In this document: positions 49,747-59,156 of the stretch, piece after piece
Layout: each line of letters opens with the position of its first letter
Numbering within the stretch: position 1 is the stretch's first letter
Source: Patescibacteria group bacterium
Lineage (GTDB): Bacteria; Patescibacteriota; Patescibacteriia; JACRDY01
Reading direction: 5' to 3'
Length of the DNA: 64,000 nt
Assembly (NCBI GenBank): GCA_041671565.1
Contig: JBAZBH010000001.1
Span: 71,552 to 135,551 of the forward strand
Made by a program: the position numbers and the translations under genes
Notes under the pieces: generated by a model
The model's database searches: none
The model's input: the letters and a program-made list of their open reading frames with translations, nothing else
What the model was told of the DNA's origin: nothing

Positions 49747-49768
49747 TCACACAAACCGTTCATTCGGA

Positions 49769-49808
49769 AAAACCGCTCAGGTCTATTCGACTGGGCGGTT
49801 TTCTTTTT
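49769..49808 (+). terminator. Rho-independent terminator (12-bp stem with one G.U pair, then T-run)
   Basis: aaaaccgctcag-gtctattcga-ctgggcggttttcttttt. Confidence 0.65.
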
Positions 49809-49825
49809 GGCTGGAGATTAATAGA

Positions 49826-49859
49826 AACAACGAGGCCGAAGGCCTCGTTACTCCGCTAT
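49826..49859 (-). terminator. Conserved-flank terminator motif (second copy; stem differs by compensatory changes from the 9063-9095 copy)
   Basis: aacaacgaggccgaaggcctcgttactccgctat versus aacaacggggcagatgccccgttactccgctat. Confidence 0.5.
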
Positions 49860-49921
49860 TTTAACACCTTAAATCTAACCCTCTGGACTCGGGACTTTGG
49901 ACTTTGGACTTTGGACTATTA

Positions 49922-51475
49922 TTATTCCCTCTTTTTTCTCAACAATTTATGGTACCCGATGGCAAACCGATGCGCTTCGTCGCGGACTTGTTGGAGAAGT
50001 TTCAGGGCGCCGGAACGGCGGTCGAAGATTACGGGCGCGCTCTGCCCAGGGATAAACACCTCTTCCCGCTTTTTAGCAAGCGAACAAACCGGCAAGTTTA
50101 ATTTTAATTCTTGCAGAACTTTCAACGCCACGCCCAGTTGGCCTTTACCGCCGTCGATCAGGAGCAAATCCGGCTGTTCCCAACCACCATGGCGATAGCG
50201 CCGGCCGATCACTTCTTTAAGCATGGCGTAATCATTCGGTCCGACCACGGTTTTGATTTTAAACCGACGGTAAAGATTTTTGTCCGGCCGGCCGGCCGCA
50301 AACCGGACGCAGGAGCCAACCGCTTCCAGCCCGCTGGTGTTGGAGATATCAAAGCCGTCAATCCGGCGGGGTAGAGCCGGCAAACTCAACCGGCCTTGCA
50401 ATTCAGCTTCCGGGCTGGCAGAAAGTTTGGTTAAGATATTCTCCCGGACCAGATCAAGAATCTGGCGCTTGTCCCCTTTCTGCGGCACCAGTAGATCAAC
50501 CTTGGCGCCTTTTAACTCGGCAAAGTATTTTTTAATTAAAGCTAAATTGGGTAATTTCTCCGGGATTATAATTTCCCGCGGCGCGGGCCGAGTCAGATAA
50601 TACTGCTCCAAAAATCCCGCCAAAACTCCACGGTCATCACTCTCGGCGAGTTGGAGACTGAATTCGTCCCGTGAAGTGACAATCCCCCGCTTGATATTAA
50701 AAACTTGAAATAACGCCTGCTCGCCCACGATGACAAAGTTGATCGCGTCTTGATCATAGCTTTTAGGCAAGGAAACCAGCTGTTTTTCCGACAGCATGCG
50801 GCTGGCATGAATCTGGTCGCGGTAGAGTTTGGCGAGCTCGAAGTTGCGCTCGGCGGCCGCTGTTTTCATCCGGCGCTCCAGCTCGCCGAGCAGGTCGTCT
50901 TTCCGCCCGCGGAGGAACATTTCCGCCAAATGGACATTGCGCCGGTAATCGGCCGCGGAAATTTTCTCCAAATCCCGCGCCCGGATCTCGCTCAGGAGCT
51001 GATAAAGCTCGCGCGCCGAGCGGGAAATAAACTTATCGGTCCGCAGGCCAAACAGCCGCGCCACGGTCAGAAGCAGATACTTGCTCCCCTGGCCGGAAAC
51101 AAACGGCCCGAAATACTTGCCGTCGCGGCCAATCTGCCGAACTCGCGTCAACCGCGGAAATTCTTCGTCCGTGATTTTAATATAAAAATAAGGCTGGTTG
51201 TCTTTCAGCATTAGATTAAACTTGGGCCGGTGCTGGCGGATCAGCCGCGCCTCTAGGATTAAAGCCTCGACTTCGTTGCGAGTGACGATAAACTCAATCG
51301 CGGCAATCTGCCGCACCAGTTCTTCGGTCTTCCAGCTTTGGTTGCGGTTAAAATAACTGCCGACACGCGAGCGGAGGTTTTTGGCTTTGCCGATGTAGAT
51401 GATCTCACCGGAAGAGTTTTTCATCAGATAACAACCGGGGCTGGCAGGAGTTTTGGCTCTAGAAAAAATATACAT
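49922..51475 (-). CDS. uvrC: Excinuclease ABC subunit C
   Basis: GIY-YIG N-terminus (GCYLMKNSSGEIIYIGKAKNLRSRVGSYF); 517 aa. Confidence 0.9.
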   Translation of the reverse strand: MYIFSRAKTPASPGCYLMKNSSGEIIYIGKAKNLRSRVGSYFNRNQSWKTEELVRQIAAIEFIVTRNEVEALILEARLIRQHRPKFNLMLKDNQPYFYIKITDEEFPRLTRVRQIGRDGKYFGPFVSGQGSKYLLLTVARLFGLRTDKFISRSARELYQLLSEIRARDLEKISAADYRRNVHLAEMFLRGRKDDLLGELERRMKTAAAERNFELAKLYRDQIHASRMLSEKQLVSLPKSYDQDAINFVIVGEQALFQVFNIKRGIVTSRDEFSLQLAESDDRGVLAGFLEQYYLTRPAPREIIIPEKLPNLALIKKYFAELKGAKVDLLVPQKGDKRQILDLVRENILTKLSASPEAELQGRLSLPALPRRIDGFDISNTSGLEAVGSCVRFAAGRPDKNLYRRFKIKTVVGPNDYAMLKEVIGRRYRHGGWEQPDLLLIDGGKGQLGVALKVLQELKLNLPVCSLAKKREEVFIPGQSAPVIFDRRSGALKLLQQVRDEAHRFAIGYHKLLRKKRE

Positions 51476-51486
51476 AAATCAAAAAA

Positions 51487-51608
51487 TGTCCAAATCCCAA
51501 TGACCAATCAATGTCCAATATCCAAATTTCAATCAAGTTCAAAAGTTAAAAGTTTAAAACCCGAACTAAGGAGTTATTGGTCATTGGGGCTTGGAAATTG
51601 GTCATTTT
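51487..51608. repeat. Intergenic repeat, family D copy (near-identical to 15741-15862)
   Basis: More than 90% identity over about 115 bp by eye. Confidence 0.8.
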
Positions 51609-52114
51609 ATTTCTATCCAGTACCTCGCCTTCGCCGGCATCCCTCCGCCCTGCTCCACCTGATTCTCCAGCCGCCCGCCGTTCTCTTCTATAATCTTAGC
51701 CGAGCCGAGGTTGGTGACATCGCAAGTCACCAGGACATTTTTTAACCCGAGTTTCTTGGCTTCAACTAAACCGAGCTCCAGAATCTTTTTGCCGTAGCCG
51801 CGGCGGCGCTCACTGGGCCGGATAAAATAACCGATATGCCCGCCGATTTTCAATAAATTGTCGTTCAACTCATGGCGGATGTCCAGCCGGCCGATGAACC
51901 GGTCGTCCTCTACCAGCCAAAACTTAGTCGCTGGCACACGGTCAGCTGGCACATTAATGCCCTGCGACCGGCTTTCCATCTCGGTCAAATAGCCGGCAAA
52001 ATTTTCCCGCGTGACATTCAGCTCGTCATAATGCCGGCCGTCGGTTTTCAACTCCGCCATGGCGGCGAGAAAGCTTTCGCGGTATTTGGCTGAGGGTTTG
52101 ACTAGTTCCGGCAT
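51602..52114 (-). CDS. GNAT family N-acetyltransferase
   Basis: RRRGYGKKILELGLVEAKKLG acetyl-CoA-binding motif. Confidence 0.75.
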   Translation of the reverse strand: MPELVKPSAKYRESFLAAMAELKTDGRHYDELNVTRENFAGYLTEMESRSQGINVPADRVPATKFWLVEDDRFIGRLDIRHELNDNLLKIGGHIGYFIRPSERRRGYGKKILELGLVEAKKLGLKNVLVTCDVTNLGSAKIIEENGGRLENQVEQGGGMPAKARYWIEIK

Positions 52115-52115
52115 A

Positions 52116-52583
52116 TTATTTATTCAGCGACCAAACATTATAAGTCAGATAAGTGGCGAAAGTCACCCAGGCGGCGTAAGGCAAAAGCAAGCCGGCGGCG
52201 AGGCGCGACAGCGGCCAGATCAAAATTATCAGCCCCACCACGCTGAGTCCCAAGGCTCCGGCCTCCCAAACCGCCGCGCCCAGCAGATGCTGGCCGAAAA
52301 ATAAATAACTCCAAGCAAAGTTTAACAAGCCGTTAAGAATAAATAAGCCAAAAATCCAAGCGAGCCGCTCCGGCCGATGACCATTCCAAACCAAAAGCGC
52401 CGAAATTGTGGCGAGGAGAAAAATCACGGTCCAGACCGCGCCGATAACTCCGCCGGCTGGCGTCCAAGCCGGCAGATTAATCGTCCGATACCAAGCCATG
52501 CCCCGGGAAGTGATTAAACTGCCGAACCAAGCGACCGCAATGGTAAACAGCGGGATGAGAAAATAGTTTAGTTTCATAGACAC
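52116..52583 (-). CDS. tspO: TspO/MBR family tryptophan-rich sensory protein
   Basis: Five TM helices; Trp-rich; 155 aa. Confidence 0.75.
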   Translation of the reverse strand: MSMKLNYFLIPLFTIAVAWFGSLITSRGMAWYRTINLPAWTPAGGVIGAVWTVIFLLATISALLVWNGHRPERLAWIFGLFILNGLLNFAWSYLFFGQHLLGAAVWEAGALGLSVVGLIILIWPLSRLAAGLLLPYAAWVTFATYLTYNVWSLNK

Positions 52584-52601
52584 AACAAAATTATTTAATG
52601 A

Positions 52602-55600
52602 TTATTTTTTCTCTTTTTTACTTTTAACATCCTTTATAATATATGGAACAAGTTTCTCTATAACATAATTAAATAACTCTCGAGAGCCATCAGGACCGCC
52701 GCTGATCTGGTGACCTTTTTCTTCCAAATAAGTTTCCAAAAACTTACCTAAACTCCGTAATTCGGAACGGCACATGCCAATTAAACCAAGCGCCTCGGAA
52801 TAAAAACCGGCTATCTGTGAATCCCGATTGTTGTTTTTATTAATCGCCCGGTCATAAACTTTAATTGGCACTGCCTGGTTACCCCCAGCTTCCAAAATTT
52901 CGTCAATTATCGGCTGAAGCGCCAGCATCTCTTTCTCCTCGGCATTTAGATTTTCTGCCCATTCAAAATTGGTCTCAGAATGAGCCACTTCGTAATCATA
53001 GAGTATGCCGCAGGCCCGCATAGTTTCCGTGATTTTGCTGTTCAGCCGCACCACTCTATACCCCATAAATCGCGCTTCGATCGCCGCCCAATCCTGTCCG
53101 CAGTGGGATTTTAAAACCACTTTTTCCTGGCCATAGCGTTTTTCAAAAACCTGGCGCCAGAGTTCCCTATTCTCAAAAGCGCTACTGGCGGAAATATCTT
53201 GAAATTCAAAATAGCCAGTATCATAGTCGGTTCCGGCCCGGTCCAATAAAGCGGCAACGACTTCTGCGGAGTTAGTCTGGCCCAATAATCTTCCAATATT
53301 TTCTTTCAGATTATTAACTTCCAGCATTTCACGGTCACGGGAAGTGTCTAACGGCAGATCGTAGCTGAAAATCAAATTATCTTTTTCCCGATCAGTTACC
53401 TGAAAACCTTTGACATAAATCTTGCCGCCACCCACTCGGACAATATCACCTTCGGCTGTCGCGTCCAAAGGCTGATAATCTTTGTCAAAATAAAGGACTT
53501 TTTCCTGAATATTTTTTACTGCCTCAATAAATTCCGGCGGTATATCGCGGTAGGTGCTCCGAGAACCAACAATCGGTTTGCGATCTTTAAATTCCGTGAC
53601 TTTAAAAGCCAGTTGTTGCACCCTTTCATTATCTAGATAGACGCCCTTAGCTATAGGCTCGGCCAGCCAATTGCGGGATTCCAATGTTTGTTTGATATTA
53701 TTACGCAAGCAAGCCGCCGCCGCCATCTTCATTCCCTCGCCAAATTGGCCGACGGATTCACGATTTTTAGTTTTAGAACTGGCCAAAAGCTGTAAATGGG
53801 CGACATCAAAACCCCGGCCGTCATCAGAAAATCTTATTGCCTTAATACTCTCGGTTGATGGTTGATTGCCGGCCTGCCAATCCAACCACTCGCCAGCGAC
53901 CAAAAACTGAATTTTAACCTGGCTACCGCCCGAATCGCCCGGCATATGGTTCTGAATGCCGTCCAAAACAATCCGGTCAACGCCCCATTTATCTTTTTCA
54001 TATTCCAATGTCAAGGAAGTGTCTAATTCTTTTTCCACCTCGGTCTCCGCCACATCCCAATCAAATTTCACGCCGGTTGGCCTTAAGGCATCGGCCAGAT
54101 AAAAATTTAATTGAATCGGATTAAAACCCTGCTTCTCGGCCTTCTTGGCCAAGAGCTCATTGCTATAAACTACTGCTTGAGGACCAAAAAAATCTTCGAA
54201 AGCCTGTCGCAAAAGCCGACTGTCTTTAAAATAGTTAGAGCATTCATCAAATTCGTAAACTCCACTATAGTTATAGTTCCCGCCCCCGCCCTTACCAATA
54301 GAATAACTGGTGGGATATTGAAAGGCATAGCCTAATAAAACCCGAAAAACTTCCGCCGAGCGGCAATTTGATAATATCTCGCTTATTCCCTCTCTCATTT
54401 CTTGGGGATTTAACACATTCCGATCACGATTAGGCCTGACATTTTGCAAATTGTAAGATAGTAAACAGTACGGATTGTTTTGCTCTCTGACAAACATGCC
54501 TTTAACATAAATCCAGCTGGGATTTTCCAAAGACATTCCGCCGGCCGAACAGGTCTCTTGCCAAGCGCTTTTATCCACCTCGCCATCCTCGCCAAGATTA
54601 AGAGCTAAAACTTTTTTCTGGATTCTTTGAACTTCCCTGATAAAATCCACATTCAGGGAAGTAAAGATAGTTTCCGAACCGACAATACTCTGATCCTCTT
54701 CAAAATGCTCCACAGTAAAACTCAAAGCTTGTATTTCCTGCTCGTCGATTGCCACTTTGTCTAGAGCCGGCGTTGCCAGCCAGTTGCGGGAACGCAACCT
54801 AACCTGCATACCGTGGCTGAGCGCCGCGGCGCAAATCATTTTTAACCCCTCACCAAACTCACCGACTGATTTTTTGTCATCTTTTTGATGGCTATAGGCA
54901 AACTTAAGTAGATTGGAATTATAACCGCGGCCATCATCGCGAAACCTGATGGCGTCAATCGCCCCCGGCGGTAAATTTTGGCCGGCCTTTAAATCCACCC
55001 ACTGCCCATCAGCCAAAAAAGAAACATCGGTTTTGGTCCCGCCGGAATCAGCGGCTAAATGATTTTGCACGCCGTCCAAAGCAATCCTTTCCGGTCCCCA
55101 CTCTCTGGCATATTTGGCGGTAAAAGAAGTTTCCAGTTTTTCTATTGCTAAAGGCAGGGGGCACTCACCGCTTTCATCGCCCAAAGAATCATCATCAGCC
55201 AGCTGCTTTTCCAGTTCCGCTTGATATTTTTCGCTTAACCACAAGAGAACATAATTTTTAATTTCTTTTTTACTTTTTAAGGCCGCAGGATTAATTTCTT
55301 TTTCCTTAAGAAAAGTTTGAAATTCCTCAGTTTGCAGTTGCGCCGCCAAGCGGTTTTCAAAATCTTTGATAGTCCGCCGATCATGTTTAAATAGCTTTAA
55401 GAGATATTCTGACTTTGGCCCCCGAAAAAATTTAGCTGATAACCGATCAAACGGCGTAACCGGGGTAGCTTTAACTGCCGTCGCCTCGATTGACCGCAAA
55501 TTCTTTAAGTCTTCCAGATATTTATCAAATTGCAGACCATATTTATTTTTTAACTCCGCCTCAGATAACAAAAAATCGTTTTCTTCAAATTCTAAAATAT

Positions 55601-55715
55601 CCTTCCCGGATTCTTGCCTGAACTGGTTAACTCGCTCCAGCTGCTGTTTAAGCACTTTCTTGGGCTTTGGTTCGACTGGCTCTGAAAAAGAAATTTTTTC
55701 CATATGGACTATCAT
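52602..55715 (-). CDS. Large protein (1037 aa) with two tandem Hsp90/GHKL (Bergerat-fold, sacsin/MORC-like) ATPase modules
   Basis: Repeat 1 LDGVQNHLAADSGG...DDGRGY...SVGEFGEGLKM; repeat 2 LDGIQNHMPGDSGG...DDGRGF...SVGQFGEGMKM. Confidence 0.6.
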   Translation of the reverse strand: MIVHMEKISFSEPVEPKPKKVLKQQLERVNQFRQESGKDILEFEENDFLLSEAELKNKYGLQFDKYLEDLKNLRSIEATAVKATPVTPFDRLSAKFFRGPKSEYLLKLFKHDRRTIKDFENRLAAQLQTEEFQTFLKEKEINPAALKSKKEIKNYVLLWLSEKYQAELEKQLADDDSLGDESGECPLPLAIEKLETSFTAKYAREWGPERIALDGVQNHLAADSGGTKTDVSFLADGQWVDLKAGQNLPPGAIDAIRFRDDGRGYNSNLLKFAYSHQKDDKKSVGEFGEGLKMICAAALSHGMQVRLRSRNWLATPALDKVAIDEQEIQALSFTVEHFEEDQSIVGSETIFTSLNVDFIREVQRIQKKVLALNLGEDGEVDKSAWQETCSAGGMSLENPSWIYVKGMFVREQNNPYCLLSYNLQNVRPNRDRNVLNPQEMREGISEILSNCRSAEVFRVLLGYAFQYPTSYSIGKGGGGNYNYSGVYEFDECSNYFKDSRLLRQAFEDFFGPQAVVYSNELLAKKAEKQGFNPIQLNFYLADALRPTGVKFDWDVAETEVEKELDTSLTLEYEKDKWGVDRIVLDGIQNHMPGDSGGSQVKIQFLVAGEWLDWQAGNQPSTESIKAIRFSDDGRGFDVAHLQLLASSKTKNRESVGQFGEGMKMAAAACLRNNIKQTLESRNWLAEPIAKGVYLDNERVQQLAFKVTEFKDRKPIVGSRSTYRDIPPEFIEAVKNIQEKVLYFDKDYQPLDATAEGDIVRVGGGKIYVKGFQVTDREKDNLIFSYDLPLDTSRDREMLEVNNLKENIGRLLGQTNSAEVVAALLDRAGTDYDTGYFEFQDISASSAFENRELWRQVFEKRYGQEKVVLKSHCGQDWAAIEARFMGYRVVRLNSKITETMRACGILYDYEVAHSETNFEWAENLNAEEKEMLALQPIIDEILEAGGNQAVPIKVYDRAINKNNNRDSQIAGFYSEALGLIGMCRSELRSLGKFLETYLEEKGHQISGGPDGSRELFNYVIEKLVPYIIKDVKSKKEKK

Positions 55716-55904
55716 TAAACTTATTTAAACTTTTTAAAATTAAAATTCGCGGCCTTGGCGGTTCGCGCCTGTTGGGCCTGCTGAAAACGGAAAACCGCCG
55801 GTGTGCGATAGCCCGGCCGGCCGGAGCGGTTGCCGACTTTAGCGTGGTTCTTCATATGATTTAAGAATGCCTGTAGATTAGCTTTTTGCAGTATAACTTG
55901 GTTA

Positions 55905-56010
55905 AAATCACATAACACATAACATGGAACAAGGGTGGTTATAGGTCTCTTGTTATGTGTTCCATGTTATGTGATATCTTGGTTATTAGTCTTAACACCA
56001 ATTACCACCA
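55905..56010. repeat. Intergenic repeat, family E, inverted copy
   Basis: Reverse complement of 30070-30190. Confidence 0.8.
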
Positions 56011-56020
56011 TTCTTAAATC

Positions 56021-56482
56021 TTAGTAGTGGTATTCCTTCCCCTTCACAATCGCCACCGCCCGGTAAAGCTGTTCCGCCAGCACCACCCGCGCCAACTCAT
56101 GCGGCAAGGTCAGTTGCGACAAGGCGATTTTGTGCGAATAGGCCTTTTTAATCTCGTCGCTAAAACCCAACGCCCCGCCGATTACCAAAACCAGGGTCTC
56201 GCACTGTTGGTCCAGAAACCGCGCCAATTTCTCGGAAGTCATTTCCGCGCCGCGTTCGTCCAGAAGATAAATCTGATTTTTTTGATATTTACCCAAAAAC
56301 TCCGTCAGCCGTTCGGCTTCTTTAGCTTTAGCGCGAAGGTGGTTAGCGGCGTTAAACGGCTCGGGCCGGAGCTCCGCCATCTCTACTTTAAGATACGGCC
56401 GCAGTCTTTTCAAGTATTCCTCCACGGCCGAACGGTAATGCGGTTCTTTAATTTTGCCAATTGCCAGAATGATTATCTTGGT
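56021..56482 (-). CDS. rlmH: 23S rRNA (pseudouridine1915-N3)-methyltransferase RlmH
   Basis: SPOUT family; C-terminus LSQLTLPHELARVVLAEQLYRA. Confidence 0.8.
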   Translation of the reverse strand, partial: TKIIILAIGKIKEPHYRSAVEEYLKRLRPYLKVEMAELRPEPFNAANHLRAKAKEAERLTEFLGKYQKNQIYLLDERGAEMTSEKLARFLDQQCETLVLVIGGALGFSDEIKKAYSHKIALSQLTLPHELARVVLAEQLYRAVAIVKGKEYHY

Positions 56483-56570
56483 CATATTTTTGGCCAAAGG
56501 TTGACATTTTTTAAGATTAATGATAGGTTAAAAACAGTTATTTTGAAAACCCACAACTCGGAGGAAAAAC

Positions 56571-56861
56571 ATGAAAATAGTTGAAGCCAAACTAGGCTTT
56601 CGCGATCTCGGCTTTGATCATGCCGTTCAACTGGAGGAAAACGAATTATCGCTGACCAAAAAAGATACTGCAAGGGTTATTGGGTATGCCAAAGCCAATG
56701 GAGCAATGGCTGGCGGCCATGTCTTAGTCCAACTTCCGAATGGCGAGCAACACGAAATCGCAAATTATGCCCAAGGCATGATCGACGATCTCGAAGAACT
56801 CAACCAAGACCTTCTGGAAAGGAGCTACCGATGCAAGCCGTTGGCGCCAATACTAGTATGA
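56571..56861 (+). CDS. Small hypothetical protein (96 aa), first of a tandem paralog pair
   Basis: SD caactcGGAGGaaaaacATG. Confidence 0.45.
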   Translation: MKIVEAKLGFRDLGFDHAVQLEENELSLTKKDTARVIGYAKANGAMAGGHVLVQLPNGEQHEIANYAQGMIDDLEELNQDLLERSYRCKPLAPILV

Positions 56862-57112
56862 ACTCGCGGGGAATCGGCAATGCCGTCCGCCTCGAAGCGG
56901 AAGATTTCCCGATCGGCCAAGGTAAGGTCGAAGAGATCCTCGCTACGGCCAAGGCCGTGGCTGCCATTTTCCCCGGAGAAAACGGCCGGCCACAACTGGT
57001 CATTGAATTCCCAGACGGCAGACAATCGGCCTTCTCGGCTGATCCGAAAATGTTGATAAGGGAAATCAACATTAGTCATGTGGCTAACCACATGATGGCC
57101 GACCTCCCCTGA
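56831..57112 (+). CDS. Small hypothetical protein (93 aa), paralog of the preceding gene, overlapping it by 31 nt
   Basis: SD AAGGAG; shared pattern AKA..A...G..LV..P.G.Q with the upstream gene. Confidence 0.45.
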   Translation: MQAVGANTSMNSRGIGNAVRLEAEDFPIGQGKVEEILATAKAVAAIFPGENGRPQLVIEFPDGRQSAFSADPKMLIREINISHVANHMMADLP

Positions 57113-57140
57113 TCTCAACCCTTCACACACCATTCATTCG

Positions 57141-57170
57141 CCCCGGTTCACAAAACCGGGGTTGTTTTTT
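57141..57170. terminator. Bidirectional rho-independent terminator (ccccggtt-cacaaa-aaccgggg then T-run)
   Basis: Stem-loop then TTGTTTTTTT; abuts the stop of 57171-57527. Confidence 0.65.
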
Positions 57171-57527
57171 TCAAATTACTTTCTGGCCTTTGTCTAAATC
57201 AAACACTTCTTTAATCTCAATCACAATCGCGTTTTTCACTTTAAACTCTTGCTCGCGCTTGGCGGCGATTTTATAATAGCGGCCGCTGGGATAAAGCCGG
57301 GCGCGGCCTTTGATCCGATAATACTCGCCGTTCTTCCGGCCGACTACGCACACCGCCGGATTCTCCTTAATATTTCTGACCGTGGTTTTCATTTGGCAAT
57401 CATTAACTAAAAGCTTTCGACCAATAAAACCTTGGGAAATTGCCACCACGGCGTTCGGCCGGCCGGCTTTGGAACTGGTCACTAGAACAATCTCTTCACG
57501 ATTTTGTAAGGTTTTTTGCCAAGCCAT
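57171..57527 (-). CDS. Pyridoxamine 5'-phosphate oxidase-like FMN-binding split-barrel protein
   Basis: 118 aa; PNPOx-family pattern. Confidence 0.6.
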   Translation of the reverse strand: MAWQKTLQNREEIVLVTSSKAGRPNAVVAISQGFIGRKLLVNDCQMKTTVRNIKENPAVCVVGRKNGEYYRIKGRARLYPSGRYYKIAAKREQEFKVKNAIVIEIKEVFDLDKGQKVI

Positions 57528-57690
57528 AAAAATAATAAAAATAGGACTTACCTGCTTATTTTAGCATAAAACCAGTTAATCCGGAAAAGGGTTGACAAAA
57601 AGGCGTTAGGGGTGGTAAATTAGGATATTAACCTGATAAAGCATTAATTTGAAAGATTTGTTCGTTAACAACCAATTGGGAGGCGTTAAA

Positions 57691-58284
57691 ATGGCAGCAT
57701 TAAATTTTGTCGTTATCGACGGCATAATCTACCCGGCCGGCGATAAACCGACCAACTGTCCCCAACCAACGACTTGTATCCAAACTTTCAGATATGATCG
57801 TACGGCAATTCAAATTCTTCGCCATCTAGCTGGACTTGATGACGAAGTATTCTGTGGTCACAAAAAACTTTGCTGGCGAGATTGCCAGCTGGACTGTCCG
57901 GCGAAGAAACAAATGGAGGCGGCGCTAAAGTCGCCGAATAAGGAGGAAACCTTGAAAAAGCAATTTGTAAAAATTATTCCTGCTACCTATCATAACGGCG
58001 GAATCGGTAGCACCCAGACCTGGGTCAACGGAAAAAAATCCACCAGCGTCGGCACGGTCGTGGCCGGGCGGTCATACGATCTGGGAGTACTTGACTTGAT
58101 GGAAACCATCACCATCACCACCGGCTATCTGGTCGTCAACGGCATGAGGTATTGCGCCGGTCAGGTGATCAGGCTACGCAAAGGCCAAAAGGTGACCCTG
58201 GAAGTTAAAAATGGCCTTTCGGCCGACTACCGTTGCGTCTACGGCAATCTCCGCTATCGCCGTAGTTTGCCCGGTCTTGCCTGA
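57691..58284 (+). CDS. Hypothetical Cys-rich protein (197 aa)
   Basis: SD ttGGGAGGcgttaaaATG at the internal Met MAALNFVV. Confidence 0.45.
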   Translation: MAALNFVVIDGIIYPAGDKPTNCPQPTTCIQTFRYDRTAIQILRHLAGLDDEVFCGHKKLCWRDCQLDCPAKKQMEAALKSPNKEETLKKQFVKIIPATYHNGGIGSTQTWVNGKKSTSVGTVVAGRSYDLGVLDLMETITITTGYLVVNGMRYCAGQVIRLRKGQKVTLEVKNGLSADYRCVYGNLRYRRSLPGLA

Positions 58285-58307
58285 TAATTTACTTCATTCA
58301 TCACCCT

Positions 58308-58340
58308 GCCCGTCGATTCATTTCGATGGGCGGTTTTTTT
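58308..58340. terminator. Rho-independent terminator (gcccgtcga-ttcatt-tcgatgggc then T8)
   Basis: 9-bp stem with one G.U pair, then a T-run. Confidence 0.6.
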
Positions 58341-58969
58341 TAGTTAAAATTATTCCTATCCCTCTCCCACAGCAAAGGGTTATCTCGGATATATTCCACG
58401 ATATTGTTATAATCATCCTCGTTACTGATAATATGCTCATAATAATTCCTCTGCCATAGCCGATGATTAAACGGCAACCAATGGTTTTGTTTAACCTGTT
58501 TGATATATTCATTAGTGGTCATAGTTTTAAACCATTGGATAAATTGAGGCACGCCTCGTAGGGGCGGACCCGTGTGTCCGCCCCGAACAAGGGTGTTTCC
58601 GGCCATAACAAATTTATTACCGTCCATGGATACAGGTTCTGAACAAACGGCCGAGTTTGAACAAATCCCAGGGCGGACACGCGGGTCCGCCCCTACAACA
58701 CCCATGATCTCAATAATGGCGTGTAAATGGTTAGGCATAATGACAAATGGGCCTAATTTGATGCCAGGGAATTTCTTTTCCAATTTTAGCCACCAATCCA
58801 AGACCAGCCTGCCAGCTTGGTTTAAAACCATCTGTCTGTCTTTAATCTCGCCAAATAGGTGTTTCTTATCTTGGGTGCAAAGGGTAATAAAATAATCGCC
58901 TGACTGGGTGTAATCGTAGGTGGCAAGGCGAATGGAATGGCGATGATGGAGGTTGGGTTGATAAGGCAT
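58340..58969 (-). mobile_element. REP-associated tyrosine transposase (RAYT; IS200/IS605-like Y1 transposase) with an in-frame 150-bp insertion
   Basis: HuH motif MPNHLHAII; RAYT-like C-terminus WQRNYYEHIISNEDDYNNIVEYIRDNP; extra 50 aa relative to typical RAYTs. Confidence 0.65.
58557..58696. repeat. REP-like GC-rich palindrome doublet inside the RAYT ORF (cgtaggggcggacccgtgtgtccgcccc ... gggcggacacgcgggtccgcccctac)
   Basis: The two ends are inverted copies, each itself a hairpin. Confidence 0.75.
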
Positions 58970-59156
58970 ATTAACCCCACCTTAACATACCAATTCTAAA
59001 CTAAATCTAAACTAATCATTAAATATTTCTAAACTTTTTATTAACTAATTCTAAACTCGCCTAAATACCAAAAAAACTGGCGAAAATTCCAGTTTTAATG
59101 AGCGCCAAGTTTAGAAAGGAGTTTTCCTCTGTACTCTGCACTCCGCACTCTGTACT

